64,000 nucleotides of DNA from Phyllosticta citribraziliensis (Eukaryota), in the NCBI RefSeq assembly GCF_038025025.1, contig NW_027117338.1, positions 1,364,001 to 1,428,000 on the forward strand, in the 5' to 3' direction. Each line of letters begins with the position of its first letter. The first letter of the stretch is position 1. Position numbers and translations under genes: made by a program. The notes below the pieces were generated by a model that worked only from the letters and a program-made list of their open reading frames with translations, was not told the origin of the DNA and ran no database searches. Shown here piece after piece: positions 1-13,118 of this stretch.

Positions 1-76
1 ATATCTCCTTCTCCTCCATCATCCCAAGTCCGCGGGTACACTAAAGCCACCACACTGTTCTCTGCTCCTCCTGGCT

Positions 77-2999
77 TCATTCAGACTTGTGACCGCTGCC
101 AGACCTGCCCTGGACAACGAGCACGCTGGCCTTGACGCCCTCGTCGCGCACGACCGTCTCAGCCATCACGCCCAAGCAGCGCTGTGCCTCGACGTTGGCG
201 TTGGTCTTTGCGCAGCCCTCGCGACCCAGGACACCGCTGCTGCCCATGCTGCGACCGACAACGATGAGGTCGCCGGCGTTGCGTGCATTGCGGCCCATCT
301 CGGAACGCGCACGCTCAATGGCGGAGCCGAGCGGTGTCGAGGTAGTGTCGGTTTCGAAGGCGACGCGCTCGGCGAGGTCGACGGGAATGCTTTGACGCAG
401 CGACGCGAAGAAGGCTGCGTCGCGTTCTGGCGCAGGGACAGAGACGGTGGTCGTGAGAGCTTGCTTGCTCGCTGTCGGAGTGTTGTGCGATGAGCTGACG
501 CCTGACTCTGAGGAGGGCAGATCAAAGTATCCGTCGGGGGCTTTAAAGTGCACAATGGTAGCTGTTACATCCGGGTGCTCGACAAGCTGGAGTACAAGTC
601 GCAGGGCAGCGCGGTCATCAGCACCACCAAAGAATGGGAGGAAGACGTGGTGTGAGCGGGACGCGGAGGGGGCTGTCGTTGGGTTCTTGTCTACGTTTGA
701 GCGTATGGAGTGCGCCGAGAGGCGTCGTGCAAGCTTGCGGCGTTCAAACGGTGCGGAGCCGCCGAAACCATTGTTGATGAAGACTGCAGCGTTGCAGGTG
801 GAGCTGTTGAGGACGGTAGAGACAAAGGCACTGTAGGTGTCGGCAGATAGCTTGTGTTGGACTGCGTCGTCGGAAATGACGGTCAGCTCCGACATGTTGC
901 CTGTCTCGCTCCATGGGAGAATGATGAGGTCGGAAGCGTTGTCTCCAGCTCTCGAGACCAAGACGTCCGAGAAGGAACTCTCGGGGACGACGTCCACTTC
1001 ACCGGATATGGCCAAATTGTTGAGGTAGCCGAACGTGCGGAAAGTGTTGACGACGGGATCGTGCTGGCCGAACTCATCGGTCTCAGACACCTTCATGACG
1101 GTGGAGGTACGCTCAGTCAGCTCAAGCAGCCTCACACCGTGTGCCTTGATTGGCCTTTGTGGGAGGGGAGCCTCCTCAGCTTCAGCGACGGGAGCCAACT
1201 TGAGCGGATGGACCATCTTCTTGCCAAAATTGGGCTGCCCGCCAAAGAGCGAGACGAAGGGCAAAAGAGCAGACATGTTGTCGAGGCGGAGGTAGACCAG
1301 AATCCGCTGAACCTTGGAGGCCTCGAGCTTCTCGTAGGCAAGGCTGTCACTCCCATCGTCCTTGTCGCCAGACTTGACGGGAGCACCAGTGTCCCAGTCG
1401 ATCTCGCCGCGCTTCCAGGCATCCAGCTTCTTCTGATACCAAGGAGGGTACAGCCACATGGTCAGGGGGGTAGTCATGAAGGTCGTAATCAAGGCCATGA
1501 CGACAAAGATCGTAAAAGTCCGCTGGCTAAGAATCTTGGCCTGCAGTCCAATGTTCTGCAAAAGTTAGCATCATCGCTGAACCTCGACTGTTCAAGTGGC
1601 TCACCAGCACAATCAACTCCACCAAGCCCTTGCAACTCATCAGGGAGCCGATGGTCAAACTCTCCCGCCAGACCAAACCACAGCAACGTGCGGCCAGAGA
1701 AGCACCGACGAACTTTCCGAAAAAGGCAACCGCAATGACACCAATCACGTAGCCCCAAGTTAGGCCAGTGTCGAGCAGACCGAGATTGGTGTTGAGGCCA
1801 GAGAGCGCAAAGTAAAGCGGGAGGAATAGTGCGCTGACGATATCCTCAATCTTTTCTGTCACCTTGATCGCGAAGCCGCCCTCGTGAGGGCATATCAGCC
1901 CAACCATGAAGGCACCGAAAATGGGATGGACTCCGATGATACCGGTAAAAAAGGCAGAGGCCAATGTCAAAAGCAACGTGACGACAATGACGAATTCGCT
2001 AGGGCCATCCTGGAGAGAACGCGTTCGTCTCAAAAACCACATGAAGGCGGGACGAATGGCGTACGCGAGGAACAGCGAGTATCCAAGACAGACGAGGAGT
2101 ACCCACAAGGCGGTGAGACCGGAGCCAGCGTTGACAAGGGCCACACACAAAGCAAGCAGAATCCACCCTGGATTAAAGTTAGCTCGGATGACCAGGGTGT
2201 TGAGGAAAGACATTTAGACGCACCAACGACGTCATTTCCGACTCCTGCCGAGAGCACAATGATACCGACTGGGGTCATGAGCAGTTTCAACTCGGTTAAG
2301 ATTCTGCACAAAACGGGAAAGGCCTGGTTGTCGATCAGCATGGCGCTCGCGTAACTTGGACCATTCTTAGAGTAGCAGGTCGTGGACTCACCGTAATTGC
2401 CATTGCGACACCGATGAAGAGCAAAAAGACTCCAAAGTCGACCGGCACGACACCCTCCTCAGACCCAAAGTCATGATAGAGACCATATGATATGCCCGCA
2501 CCGAGACCAAATGGAAGAGCCATGCCGGCCAAACCCACGCTCAGGGCAATTTTCCAATTGCTGACCAGGAAGCGCAAGTCGACCTCGAGGCCGACGAGGA
2601 AGAGGAATAGCACGAGGCCAATGTTCGCAACGAGAGTCAAATTGGGCATTGAAGCCGTAGGAAAGATTGTCTCGGTGAAGTCTGGAATCTGGCCCATGAC
2701 TGAGGGCCCGAGGAGGATGCCACCAATGACTTCGGCGATGACGCGCGGTTGGCGCAGTTTGGCGAGGGGCCAGTGAAGCGCGCGGCAGAAGAGAATGATG
2801 ATACCGGCCTGTGGTGACACAAAAACATTGGTTAGCGGGTGATCATGGTGTTGGGCCGCCAGCGGATCCCACGCACCTGGATGATGAAGATGATGATTGG
2901 GTCCTTTTTGTTGTAGTGGGTGGGATTGGCACCCTCAAGGATGCCACCCTGCGGCGTAGCCCTATTGCTCGTGGCATTGCCGGTGGTGTTGGTCGACAT
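77..2999 (-). CDS. KHA1: K+/H+ antiporter (CPA2 family, Kha1-like), multi-exon
   Basis: Spliced start [26 protein letters not shown]...PIIIFIIQ (intron 2809-2876). TM region [48 protein letters not shown]; soluble C-tail with [14 protein letters not shown] at 77-79. Confidence 0.92.
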
Positions 3000-4453
3000 G
3001 GCGGCGGCGGCGGTGGAGAAGTGTGGGGGAAAGAAGTGGTTCTCCTACGGGCCCAATGTCGCGGGGGAGGGCCTTTTGTGGAGCTCGAAGTGGACGCCAG
3101 AAGGCAGAAGCTATATGTATGGGACCGAGAGAGAGAACATGTCCAGGCGGGCAGTTTGGAGTCAGGCGGAGAGCATCTGACGGGCTGACAGCCGGAGCAG
3201 CAAGCCCAGAGGCTCGGCGGGCATGAACAAGGTCGAGGCTTGGTCTTTTGGCTGAAGGGGATTGGCCATGGCTGACTCGAGGTCGGGGGAGTCAATGGGT
3301 GAGGGCAAGCCACAGTCGAGGGCAGAGAGCGAGCTTGTGTCTGGCCCTTTGACCACGCGCGCGCCGTTTGCGTGGAGAACCCCCGCCTGTTCGCCAATCA
3401 CCTCGATCCCTATCGCCGCAAAACTCTACTCGCACCCAACAACGCTTGTCTCTGCTTCAAGGCCCCGTTTCCGTCGCTACGTGTTTCGACTTCTCCTGAA
3501 TCTGTTTGACCTCTGCAATTCTCGAAGGACACTCTTTCTCTCTGCGCGTAGTCTGCGTCGCCAATCGCCATCGGCAAGTTCCAGCCCCAGCAACTCCATG
3601 GATGTCATCCACTGCCCCATCACCCACGCTCGATCGGGACGGGTACCTTTGAGCGAGCTAAAATCATGTACCGACCCGAATGACCTTGGCGCATCCTAGG
3701 AACCGTCCAGGCCCCCTATCCACTACGCGGTGGAGGATCCGCTCTCTCTTCACCTCACCGACTTTGATGCTGCAGTGCCAGTTCGAGAGATGCCCAGGCG
3801 GACCAGTCGCAGGCAATGCGAGCAGGACCGATATGTACTGCACTTGGCTACATGTACAGACGACGTCAGGCCATCCGTCCAAAATATCAAAACCCGCGTC
3901 TAGCGCAGCGGCACGGCTGGTAATCTGCGCTGATGGATGGTCCATCGCCGTCCATCACGTTTCTCACCCACCTGAGCAGCCCACCTAACTTTTCCCATCT
4001 CAAATCCTTCCCGCCTCCATCCATGGCAATCATCAGATGGTCCTCGCTCGCCCAGCCAAGCACCGTGCTTGCCCCTCACGTCGCCCTCTACCATGTCAGC
4101 ATCCGCCAATCACGCACATATCGCGGCATCGAGGTTGTAACACATGGCATGCTGTTCCAAGTCTATACGCTGTTTAGGAGTATCTCGCGAGAAGGGAAAA
4201 ACAAAAACAAAACGAAAAGTTGGACACCGAGTCCATGGAACAGCCGAAAAGCCACACATGGCGCTCTCGCCTCCTCTCCTGGGCTTTCCTTTCTATACAT
4301 TGGGCCACAGGGGCCAGCCAGCCCTACAGCCATTCGTCCAAACTTCCCCTATCCATCTGCCAAGTCTCCTCGTCCGCGTCGACTGGCCGCGGCGCACGCC
4401 GTCGCCGCCAAGTTGGCTAGCCTCCCAACCTCACCACCCCTCAGCAGACCACG

Positions 4454-7008
4454 CTAACCAGCTGGACTGGCAGGGCTGGGCGGCAGCGGGGCGCCGCTCC
4501 CCCAGGCTGAGTTGGGGACCGAGTCCAGCTCAAACACGAGCTCCGCTCCGTTCTCAAATACGTCTTTCCACGTGAGCCAATTCTGGTCCCACTGGATCCC
4601 ATCGACGGTGAGGCTCTGCACAAACCACTTGCCCGACTGCACCTGCTCGTCGTGACCCACGTTGGTCGACACGTTGAGGAAGCGTCCGCCGCCGAGCGCC
4701 ACGCTGACGCTTGCGAACCACGGGCTTCCGATCAGAAACGTCGTCTGGCCCGTCAACGGGTACAGGCCGAGCATGTTCCACAGCAGCCAGCTCTGCATTG
4801 CGCCTGCGTCGCTGTTGCCAGGAAGAGCCGACGGGCCTGTACCGTACGACTTTTGCGCAATGGCTCGGATGCGCTCCACGGTGCGGTGCTGCGCGCCGGC
4901 GAAGTTGTAGAGATAGGGCGTCGTGAAGCCCGGCTCGTTGGCGACGTTGTAGATGCCGCTGTCGAAGAACTTGTCGAGGCGCGCGGCAAATGCGGCTGAA
5001 CCGCCACTCAGCGTTACCTGGTGCGCCGCGTCGTGGTGCGCGTTGAAGCTGTACGTCCACGCGTTGTCTTCGTAGTAGGCGTCTGGCCAGTAACATCCAC
5101 CGCACGAGTCCGGGTTCTGCGAGAGAAAGGAGCCATTTGCCGCGCGAGGAACCACAAAGCCCGACTCGTTCAACGTGCTGCTGTGCGCCGAAGGGTTCCA
5201 GTGGTTGCGCCAGTTGCGGCTTCGGTTCAAGAAGTCGGACGGCGCGTTCAGATTGCTGTCGTTCATGCCGTCGAGCACTTGGTAGACGGCAAAATCGTTG
5301 ACGCTATATTCGACGGCCCGCGATACAGCGCGCGAAAAGCGTGGCGTGATGTAGCCATATTGGAGCCAATCAGGCAGCGCGCCGCGGCCTTCTTTCGTCG
5401 ATGAGACGTCGGGTGCAGTCATGGGATCGTAGGACGGAGAGGGCACCGTTTCGGCGTCGGCCAACATGGCTTCTGAGAAAAAGGTGAGCAAAATAGCGGG
5501 CAGTACATGCTAGGGCACGTCATACTGATTCCATCGGACCAGTCCACCTGTCCTCTGACCCCTTTGACGTACGCGTCGGCAAGCACATTGTCCGCATTGG
5601 ATCCTCCTTGGACGCGGCCATTGTAATTGGACGAGCGCGCATCCGGGAGAAAGCCATCGTGTCGCCAAATGTCAATAAATGAGCGAATCTGCTCCTCGTA
5701 CGCCTCGGGTTGCAACACGTGCATCAGCGGCGTGGTGCAGCGGAAAAGATCCCACAGCGTGAACCAGTCGTCGTAATACGGCTCTGTTGATTCCCAGATC
5801 GGATTCTCCCCTGTGCGGTTTGACGGCAGCAGGTGCATGCCGTAAAGGCTCGAGTACAGCTGGGTAAGCAGAGTCGCGTTAGTCTCGGTCGTCGTCACTT
5901 TGGAAAAGACGTTGGTCGTCCAAGTCTCCTGTGCTTGTAACACCAGCTCGGAGAGCGTGGCTGAAGCGGGTATCTCGTTGTCGATGTGGTTGCAGGCCCG
6001 CTCGGAAGAGATGAAGGATATTCCCACTCTTGACACGACGGTTTGCTCATTGAAGCTGAACACGCCTCCGACTCTTTGCGTGCCGGACACAGAGTCATTT
6101 GCGCCGTATTCCCAGATCCGCGTCTCGTTCCCAGAAAACGTTCTCTTACTCCGCGGCGTCTTGTCGAATCTGCCACAAAAGTGAATGGTCCAATCTGGAG
6201 CTTCGGGGTGTTAGTCGTTGCAAAAAGCACAGGGAGCATTCCATACAGATGTTCCATCCTCCACTGTAAGTCCCATTCCCTTCGTAGTGGCCATCATCAA
6301 AGACTTGGAAGCTTCCTCCAGAGTAGTGCTGCTCCCAGCCGAGTCCGCGGAACGAGGGCAGCACGTGAGAGACGTCGACCACGACGTTGGCCACGGAGCC
6401 AGCTGGAAACTGGTAGTGATAGAGGCCAGCATGGTTCGTGGCAGCCAGCTGGACGACGACGTCGTTCGAGAGCTCGGTCCGGTAGTAGCCCACTTCTGCT
6501 TGGTCGGGCACGCGTCTGGAGACCGCCAGGTCTGCGGCCAGCGGGTTGGAAATGTTGCCGACGACTGGCAGCTGCGAAACGACTCCATATTTGGGAGCGC
6601 CTCCCGTGCCGCTTTCATGCATCATGCTGAAGCCCGTCACTTTGCCGCTGGGCAGATAGCCCGAGTAGGCGTCGGTGGTCCCTGAGGAGACATCGATGCC
6701 CAGCTTGACCATGGAGAAGGGTGCTGCGAGATACGATTGTCAGAAGATGCATAAGATCCAGATGGACTGCTTCGAAGGTACGCACCAGGGACGACGCCGG
6801 GGAAGACGTTGCCGCCATTTTCGGATCCGAAGCTGGATGCATCAGTGGTGGTGTTTTTGGATCCCGCGGCCAACGCAGGTGTCCTGCACGGCCTGCGGCA
6901 AGCACGAGTACTCTGTACTCACAATGGATCCACATGTTGAGTATAATTAACGTTTGAGACTGTCGTTGTGGCCAGCGCTTTTGCCAGGCCGAGCGCCAGA
7001 ACAATCAT
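4454..7008 (-). CDS. Secreted glycoside hydrolase family 92 (alpha-1,2-mannosidase), multi-exon
   Basis: Signal-like start MIVLALGLAKALA; VDPFFGSENGGNVFPG, PFSMVKLG, HESGTGG, TLWDLFR, QGGSNADNVLADAY, NEP and PGNSDAGAM motifs typical of GH92; GT-AG introns restore the frame. Confidence 0.92.
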
Positions 7009-8060
7009 TTGATAACGCACAGCTGGAAGAAGCAGCATTTTGAATCAGCTTCTATGCAGAGGCGAGGGCTGAGACTCGGGAGAGAAGGGGAGGGGATACG
7101 TGAGAGGGCCACAGTCGGACGGACTGGGACCTCTGCTGGAGCAAACTCACGTGGAAGGAGGACCGATACGGATCAAAATAAATGCAAGAATTGCAAAGAA
7201 TGCCAGGTCGGCGAGCGGCTTGTGGGCGGGAGGCACGGCAAGGTGCAGCATAAGCGTTGGAGGCCATTGTTTTTTTGGGCGTGTTAAGTGGGAACCAACA
7301 AGTCTAGGGAAGTTTGACGGCAGCGAGTGAGTGCATGCACGCAGCAGGAAGGCGGGCGAGGCGATCAAAGGTCGTGTGGTGGGGCCATGGGCGACATGAA
7401 GTCGGACGTATCACAGGAGCCATGAGCACGGCGTGGACAGGCGGACGAGGGCGAGTGGAGAGGGCGACAGATGCGGCGACACTCGCAGACTTGACGGCAA
7501 GCAAGGCCTTTGGACGCAGTATCGATGCGCCCCTTTGCAAATCTTTCCCAGGCGGTACAGCTGAGAGAAGAGGATGGCTGCGATGGAGTTGATTTTGGTG
7601 GAGTCGTGGGGGCGGCACGCTTCGACCATGGGCCGTCTCATTGGCGTTCCTGAGCCACGGATGGACGTACCTATGCTGCCGTGCCGTCCGTCCTTGGGTT
7701 GTGCTGCTGCATGGAGGAACAGATCCCTCGTTTCCGCCGACCATCACCTCGCCCGACGCAGGAACGTCATGTCCTCTGCCATGTTCTTCGAGAGGGAGGC
7801 TCAACGGAACCCAAGCATCACCGAGCTCGCGCACTGATCGACTGACGTCCAGAGCCACAAGGTGTGTATTTTTGAAACACATGGATCCTACCAACGGCCC
7901 CGACATCATCACCACTCCCCTCTCCACCTTCAGCAAACACCACATGGCATCCAACAAGCCCTCGTAAAAATAATGGATTGCCAACGCTTTGCCCGTCAAA
8001 TCGACTCGGTCGGCGAAACTAAATCTGTCAATTTGTACCCGCATCCACCAAGGGAGTCCA

Positions 8061-8662
8061 TCAAAGCTTCCTGTCTCCCACGACCCCATCAAACTGGACC
8101 GAGCCCTCGCTTCCGTTGCGGTTGTCCTTGCTCTTCCTTCGAAGCTCTTGGCCCCAGTTGTCCAGGTTGACGACAATCGGATTCCGCCCGCCGCGCGCAA
8201 CAACCCACACGACGTCCTCGTCGCTGTCGTTGACTTCCTGGTGCTGCGAAAAGGCCGGGATCAGCGCAAAGTCTCCCGGTGCCAGCTCTTGGCGTGTCTG
8301 CCCGTTGTCGCTCAAGATGGACCCTCGGCCTTTGACGGCGTAGATTATCGTGTCTGTCAACCGTCAGCATGGCGCGGGTGCGGCGGGTGCGCATGACACG
8401 CGACACTGACCTTCGGCCCCGTGGTGGTGCACTGCTGATGACGTGTGGGGTTTTGCTACAGTGACTAAGGTGGTCGGAATGTCAGCCATCACTTTCTCCT
8501 TTGTCCTTTCTGTCAAATCCGCCGTGGGAGCTACTTACTCGTGCCGCACACCTGATCCGACATGTCCTCGATTGCATTCCACCGAGTGATGCCCTCAGTC
8601 TGGGCCTTGCTCTCCCTGAGCGAATCCGCCTTTACAACTTTGACTGCTCCAGCGCGTACCAT
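8061..8662 (-). CDS. RmlC-like cupin domain protein (2 introns)
   Basis: Spliced: MVRAGAVKVV...QTEGITRWNAI...AKPHTSSAVHHHGAEDTIIYAVKGRG...LAPGDFALIPAFSQHQEVN, which contains both cupin motifs. Confidence 0.85.
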
Positions 8663-9946
8663 TTTGATCAAGGAGCGATTTATTTTCGGATTCAACAGGC
8701 ACGAAGACAGACGGGAATCGGACAGCCAACAACGAGCCCAGAGCTTCGAAAAAAAGAGGGGGGGCAGAGCAATCCGCTAGAGGATTCCAAGCCTGGCAAG
8801 CGGCACGACTTTATAACGACCCGCGCAACGCAAAGCGCAAACCCGTCAATGCCACAGCTCAAGGTTCATCAGAGCAAAGCAGCTAGTCGTCAAGGAAAGC
8901 AACCAATGCCCGGGTCCAACCGCCCCAGCCGTCCAGGGAGCTCATGCTTCCCCACACTCTGGCGCGTCCCCTCGACGTCATCCCGAGCGGACAGTCCCGC
9001 GGTCATCCTTGCTAGGTCGGGATTTCACGGGCATCAATGGCCCAGTTGGACTCGGACAGACGGCTTCATTGGACGTCTACCAGTCTAGAATGATGGCTGG
9101 AAGGTGGGAAAGAGGGGAAGCAAGATGGAGTGGGGAGGCTGCAGACTTTTGATTCTGCTTGGAAACATGCCCCGTCGTATCCGCTTTGCCGTTGGTGCGC
9201 CCGACGAATCAACACAAACGCTGCGCCTTTCGCATCGCATGCGACCTCGTCGACGCGCGGAGGAGCCGAGCCAAGCGGTGGCAGGATTCTGCCAGCGGCA
9301 TCCACGGAGAGCCTTGAGTATATTCAAAGGCGGTAGCGTCGTCCACCTAGCCCAACCCAAGACAAGCGCCGTTTCCTTGTAGCTGCAACTACGTCCAAAG
9401 CACCGACGATAGTCTGCCGCGCTGCATCTGCCTATCGAGCCCTTTATTGTTTACCCGATAGCATCAACGGATCAACCGACCGGTCAGTACGTAGGCCCAG
9501 CCCGGGGCAGAAACTACCGCGCACACATACGTTGCAGAGCGCACGCAGGCAGTTCGCCCACGAACCATGCGCAGCGTACCAGCGTTTCAATCGTGCGTGA
9601 GGCGGAAAAACCGCAGCGCGCCCTTCCAACCTTGTGGGGTTTCCCGTGTGCTTCCAGTTCGCAGCCTTAGCAGAGGGCGAAAAAGTCCATAAGTACCCTA
9701 CGCGACAGTCTCGTTTTCGGGTTTGTGTTTCGTTCGCTCGCCGTGCGTCGCATTGCATTATTTTTTGTTTTGTTTCCTCTGGAAGCAGTAGCAGCCGGAA
9801 ATCCGCAAATCCGTCCCTCAGCCACCCACTGTCGTCGTCAGAGTCAAGGCAGCAGCAAGACCCATTTCAACTTCTTTTTTCTTTCTAGAACCTGCTCATT
9901 CTTCTTCTTCCGTCAAGCTGAGCAGAAGGTCTGCCGCTGAGTCGTC

Positions 9947-11136
9947 ATGCATTTCTCCACGATGAAGTTCTTCGTTCGAGTATGACCCCCTGTCCGCCCC
10001 CTTCCGGCGCAACCCCTCTCCGCCGTTGACAATTTCTTCTTACCCCCATTCAAACCTTGAACCTGACCCCGCTGACCGCCAACACTACTCAGCCCTCTGC
10101 GGAATCAGATTCCAAGCCAATCCGCATCCGGGGCAACCGCCTCATCAAATCCAAGTCAACCTCGACGACCCTGACCACGACGTCAACAACGACGACATGC
10201 TCCAAGCCCTCGGTGCATTCTTGTTCCAAAATCATCGCCCGGCCGCGGCAAACGTCGCCCGTCTCGTCTTGCTCGCGCAGCAGCAGCAGCTCGTCCTCGT
10301 CATCGTCATCTTCCTGCTGCACGCTGTGCTCCTCGCCGGCTCTCCTGCCCTGCCCCTCGCCCTCGGTCCCGCTCTACCGCCCCGACTGCTCGCCCCCGTC
10401 GTCGTCGTCGTCGTCGTCGTACGCCCGCCGCCGCAGCTGCTCTGACCGCGACCGCTCGCTCGGCACCTTTGCCATCAAAAAGCATGCGTGTCCGCCGGCC
10501 TACGCGGACAGCGTGGGCGGCGGCGGCGTCGTCGGCGGCGGCAGCGTTGGCAACTACAGCGCCAGCAACCTCGGCGTCGGCGTCAACGTGACCATCAACA
10601 ACAGCAACAGCAACTGCGGCGAGCGTCGCCGCGTCCCGCGTGGCTGCACGCCCCCGCCGCCGTACACGTATGCCTATGTCGGCGCTGCGTCGTCGTACGC
10701 CAGCGGCTCCAGGAGTTCCTCGGGCGGGAGCAGCAGCAGTGGCAGCAGTCATGGCCACCACCACCGGCGCCACTCGCTGCCCCTGCGTGGCAGCCGGCAG
10801 CGCCTCGTCGACGCCAACGACGCCGAGTGGGAGAAGCTGGTCGTGTGCGTCGAGGAAGAAGAGCAGCGGAGCTCGCTGGACCTCGACGACGAGCCGGACG
10901 GCGCCGACGAGCTGGACGACGGCTACGCGTGTCTGGGCGGCGCCGAGGGCGAGCGCGATGCTCTCGTTTCCGTGTCTGGCCGCGAGCGCGTCATGGTCGG
11001 GAGGGGCCGTGGCATGGTCGTGAGAAGGAGGTGCGGTGGTGGGAACGGAGGCATGGGGAGCGGCAGCGGGAGTGGTGGGAGAAGTAGGGCGGAGGGAGGA
11101 GGCTTAGGGTGGGGCCGCGTCGTTTGGGGCGTTTGA
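9947..11136 (+). CDS. Hypothetical Ser/Gly-rich low-complexity protein with PPxY motifs
   Basis: ATG at 9947 (MHFSTMKFFVR), GTATGA...CTGAC...CAG intron, then the long open frame to TGA at 11136. High-GC3 codon usage; no recognised domain. Confidence 0.55.
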
Positions 11137-11623
11137 AGCTTTGACTGATGGGCTTGGTGTGGGCATGCATGCATGGCATCGAGGATGAGTGAGAGATGAA
11201 GAGGCGAAGATAAGGGGCAGGCGTTTATGCAAGAGCTGTTTGTTTTCGTGTTTGATGTCAGTTCTTCTCCCTTGAGGCGTCGGGCGTTTCCTGGCATACG
11301 GCACCGCTTGTTCATGATTGATGGAACTATTACGAGTTATGAAGACATGAAGTTATGTACATCCCTTGCCTTGGCGCGCCACGAGGAAAGAAAAAAGGTG
11401 GAGTTTTTCGAAAGTTTGATCCCAGGAGTCCACCACGTATCGGACCGGCGCTCATCACCTCGATGCCGTTGGAGCATACGTCCGTACCTAGAGCGCATGG
11501 CTATCTCGTTGGGGACCGTTGACATGCAGTCCACTTGTACATTTGTCACATTGTAAAAGTCTCTGACTTGGAAAGACTTCATTCGTCGTCCGCTCTTATC
11601 TACCGTCCGCATCAGCCAAGTCT

Positions 11624-11706
11624 GTCTCCAACTGCACAAGCCCTTTCAGTCTCCAAAAGCACAAGCCCAGTCCGTCTCCAAAAAGCACAAGCCCAGCTCG
11701 ACTCCA
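11624..11706. repeat. Imperfect tandem repeat, 3 copies of ~25-26 bp (GTCTCCAAAAGCACAAGCCCAGTCC)
   Basis: Copies start at 11624, 11649 and 11674, with a partial fourth (GACTCCA) at 11700. Confidence 0.75.
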
Positions 11707-11898
11707 TAAGCATTCGTACCTCGTACTTCGACTTCGTACGTCAACCTCATTCATTTGTCGTCACATAACCTCGTCTAGACATGAGCAACATCACCTGCAC
11801 CGCTTTCTCCAGTCCCCCAGCCCCACCTAAGCCCATCTACAAGCACCACGAACAAACTCCTTTTTTTCAGCCCCTCATCCTGATTCGTGGGTAATTCG

Positions 11899-13118
11899 TT
11901 AGACAGTGGCGCCAATCTGCTTCTCCAGCTCAATCTGGGCCGGATCAACAATGACGATGCCCTTGCCGGACATCTTTCCCGACGCTGCCAGCTCGAGGAG
12001 GTTTGGGATCTCCAGCAGGCCGTTGACTGGGTTCTTGGTGACGCGGACGCCGTGCTCGGCAACGACCTGCAGCATCTCGCGCGCCTCGGTGGGCGAGCTA
12101 ACAAGCGAGCTGTGGATCTTGATGTTGCGGAAGACCAGCTCGAAGAAGGGCACGCTGACTTGGTCGGGCTGCGGGGCAACAATAATGTAAGTCACAGAGG
12201 TCCTGCGGCTTAGTAAAGGGGGAAGGCAGGACGGACCTGTGCGATTTGGATCATCAACCCGTGTCTCCGCGTAATGGCGCAAGAGGTCGCCGCCGCCGAG
12301 CTGGCCTCGCTGATGTTGACGGTTGCGTGCACGCCCTCGCCGCCCGTGGCCTCCTGCGCGGCCGCAACGACGGCCTCCTTGCCCTTGCGCGCGTCGACGA
12401 CGACATCAGCGCCCGTCTTCCGGGCCAGCTCCAAGCCCTCGTCTCTGGCGTCGACGCCGACGACCCTGACGCCCAGCGCCTTTGCAAACTGGATGCCCAG
12501 GTGGCCCAGGCCGCCGCCCGCGCCCACGAGGCCCAGCCACTCGCCCTCCTTCACGCCCGCCTGCTTGATGGCGCGGAAGATGGTGCAGCCGGCGCAGGCC
12601 AGCGGCGCGGCCGTGCCAAACGTCACGGCGTCGGGCAGCTTGGCGGCCGTCCGCGCGTCGATGCGCACATAGTCGGCGAAGCAGCCTTGCGTGTTGACGC
12701 CGATGGCGCCCTCGCTCGTCTGGCAGTACTGCGGCAGGTCGGCCTTGCAGTCGCCGCAGACGCCGCACGCGTGCAGGTACAGGCCGGCCATGACGCGGTC
12801 TCCGATGTGGAAGTCGGTCACGGCGGATCCCATGGCCGCTACGGTGCCGGCGCCCTCGTGGGAGGCGGTGCTGGGGAGCTTGGGCTGGAAGATGCCCTCG
12901 CGGACCATGTTGTCAGTGTGGCAGAGCGACGCGACGGCCGTCTTGATGAGGAGGTCATGAGGCTGGAGGTCCTTGGGCGTTGGCACATGGTGGATTTTGT
13001 ACGGTTTCTTGAACTGCGGCGGTTTAGAAGAAGAGAGACAGTCGGGGGAGGAAGCATTGGGTACCTCGACGACCTGGCAAGCCAGCATCTGATCGGGAAT
13101 GTTTTCAAGCCCAGCCAT
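11899..13118 (-). CDS. Zinc-dependent alcohol dehydrogenase (MDR family)
   Basis: SLCHTD, SHEGAG, structural Zn CGVCGDC...C, APLACAG, GAGGGLGHLGIQFAKA; two introns. Confidence 0.93.

Noticed and set aside
7304..8203. 299-aa minus ORF overlapping the cupin 3' end
   Set aside because: Different frame from the cupin, no domain and non-coding-like composition.
11624..11706. Repeat considered as a CRISPR-like array
   Set aside because: No unique spacers, eukaryotic context and no cas genes.
12168..12238. Upstream CAG acceptor in ADH intron 2
   Set aside because: It would give a 37-nt intron and a frameshift; the distal CAG restores IAQPDQVSVPF.
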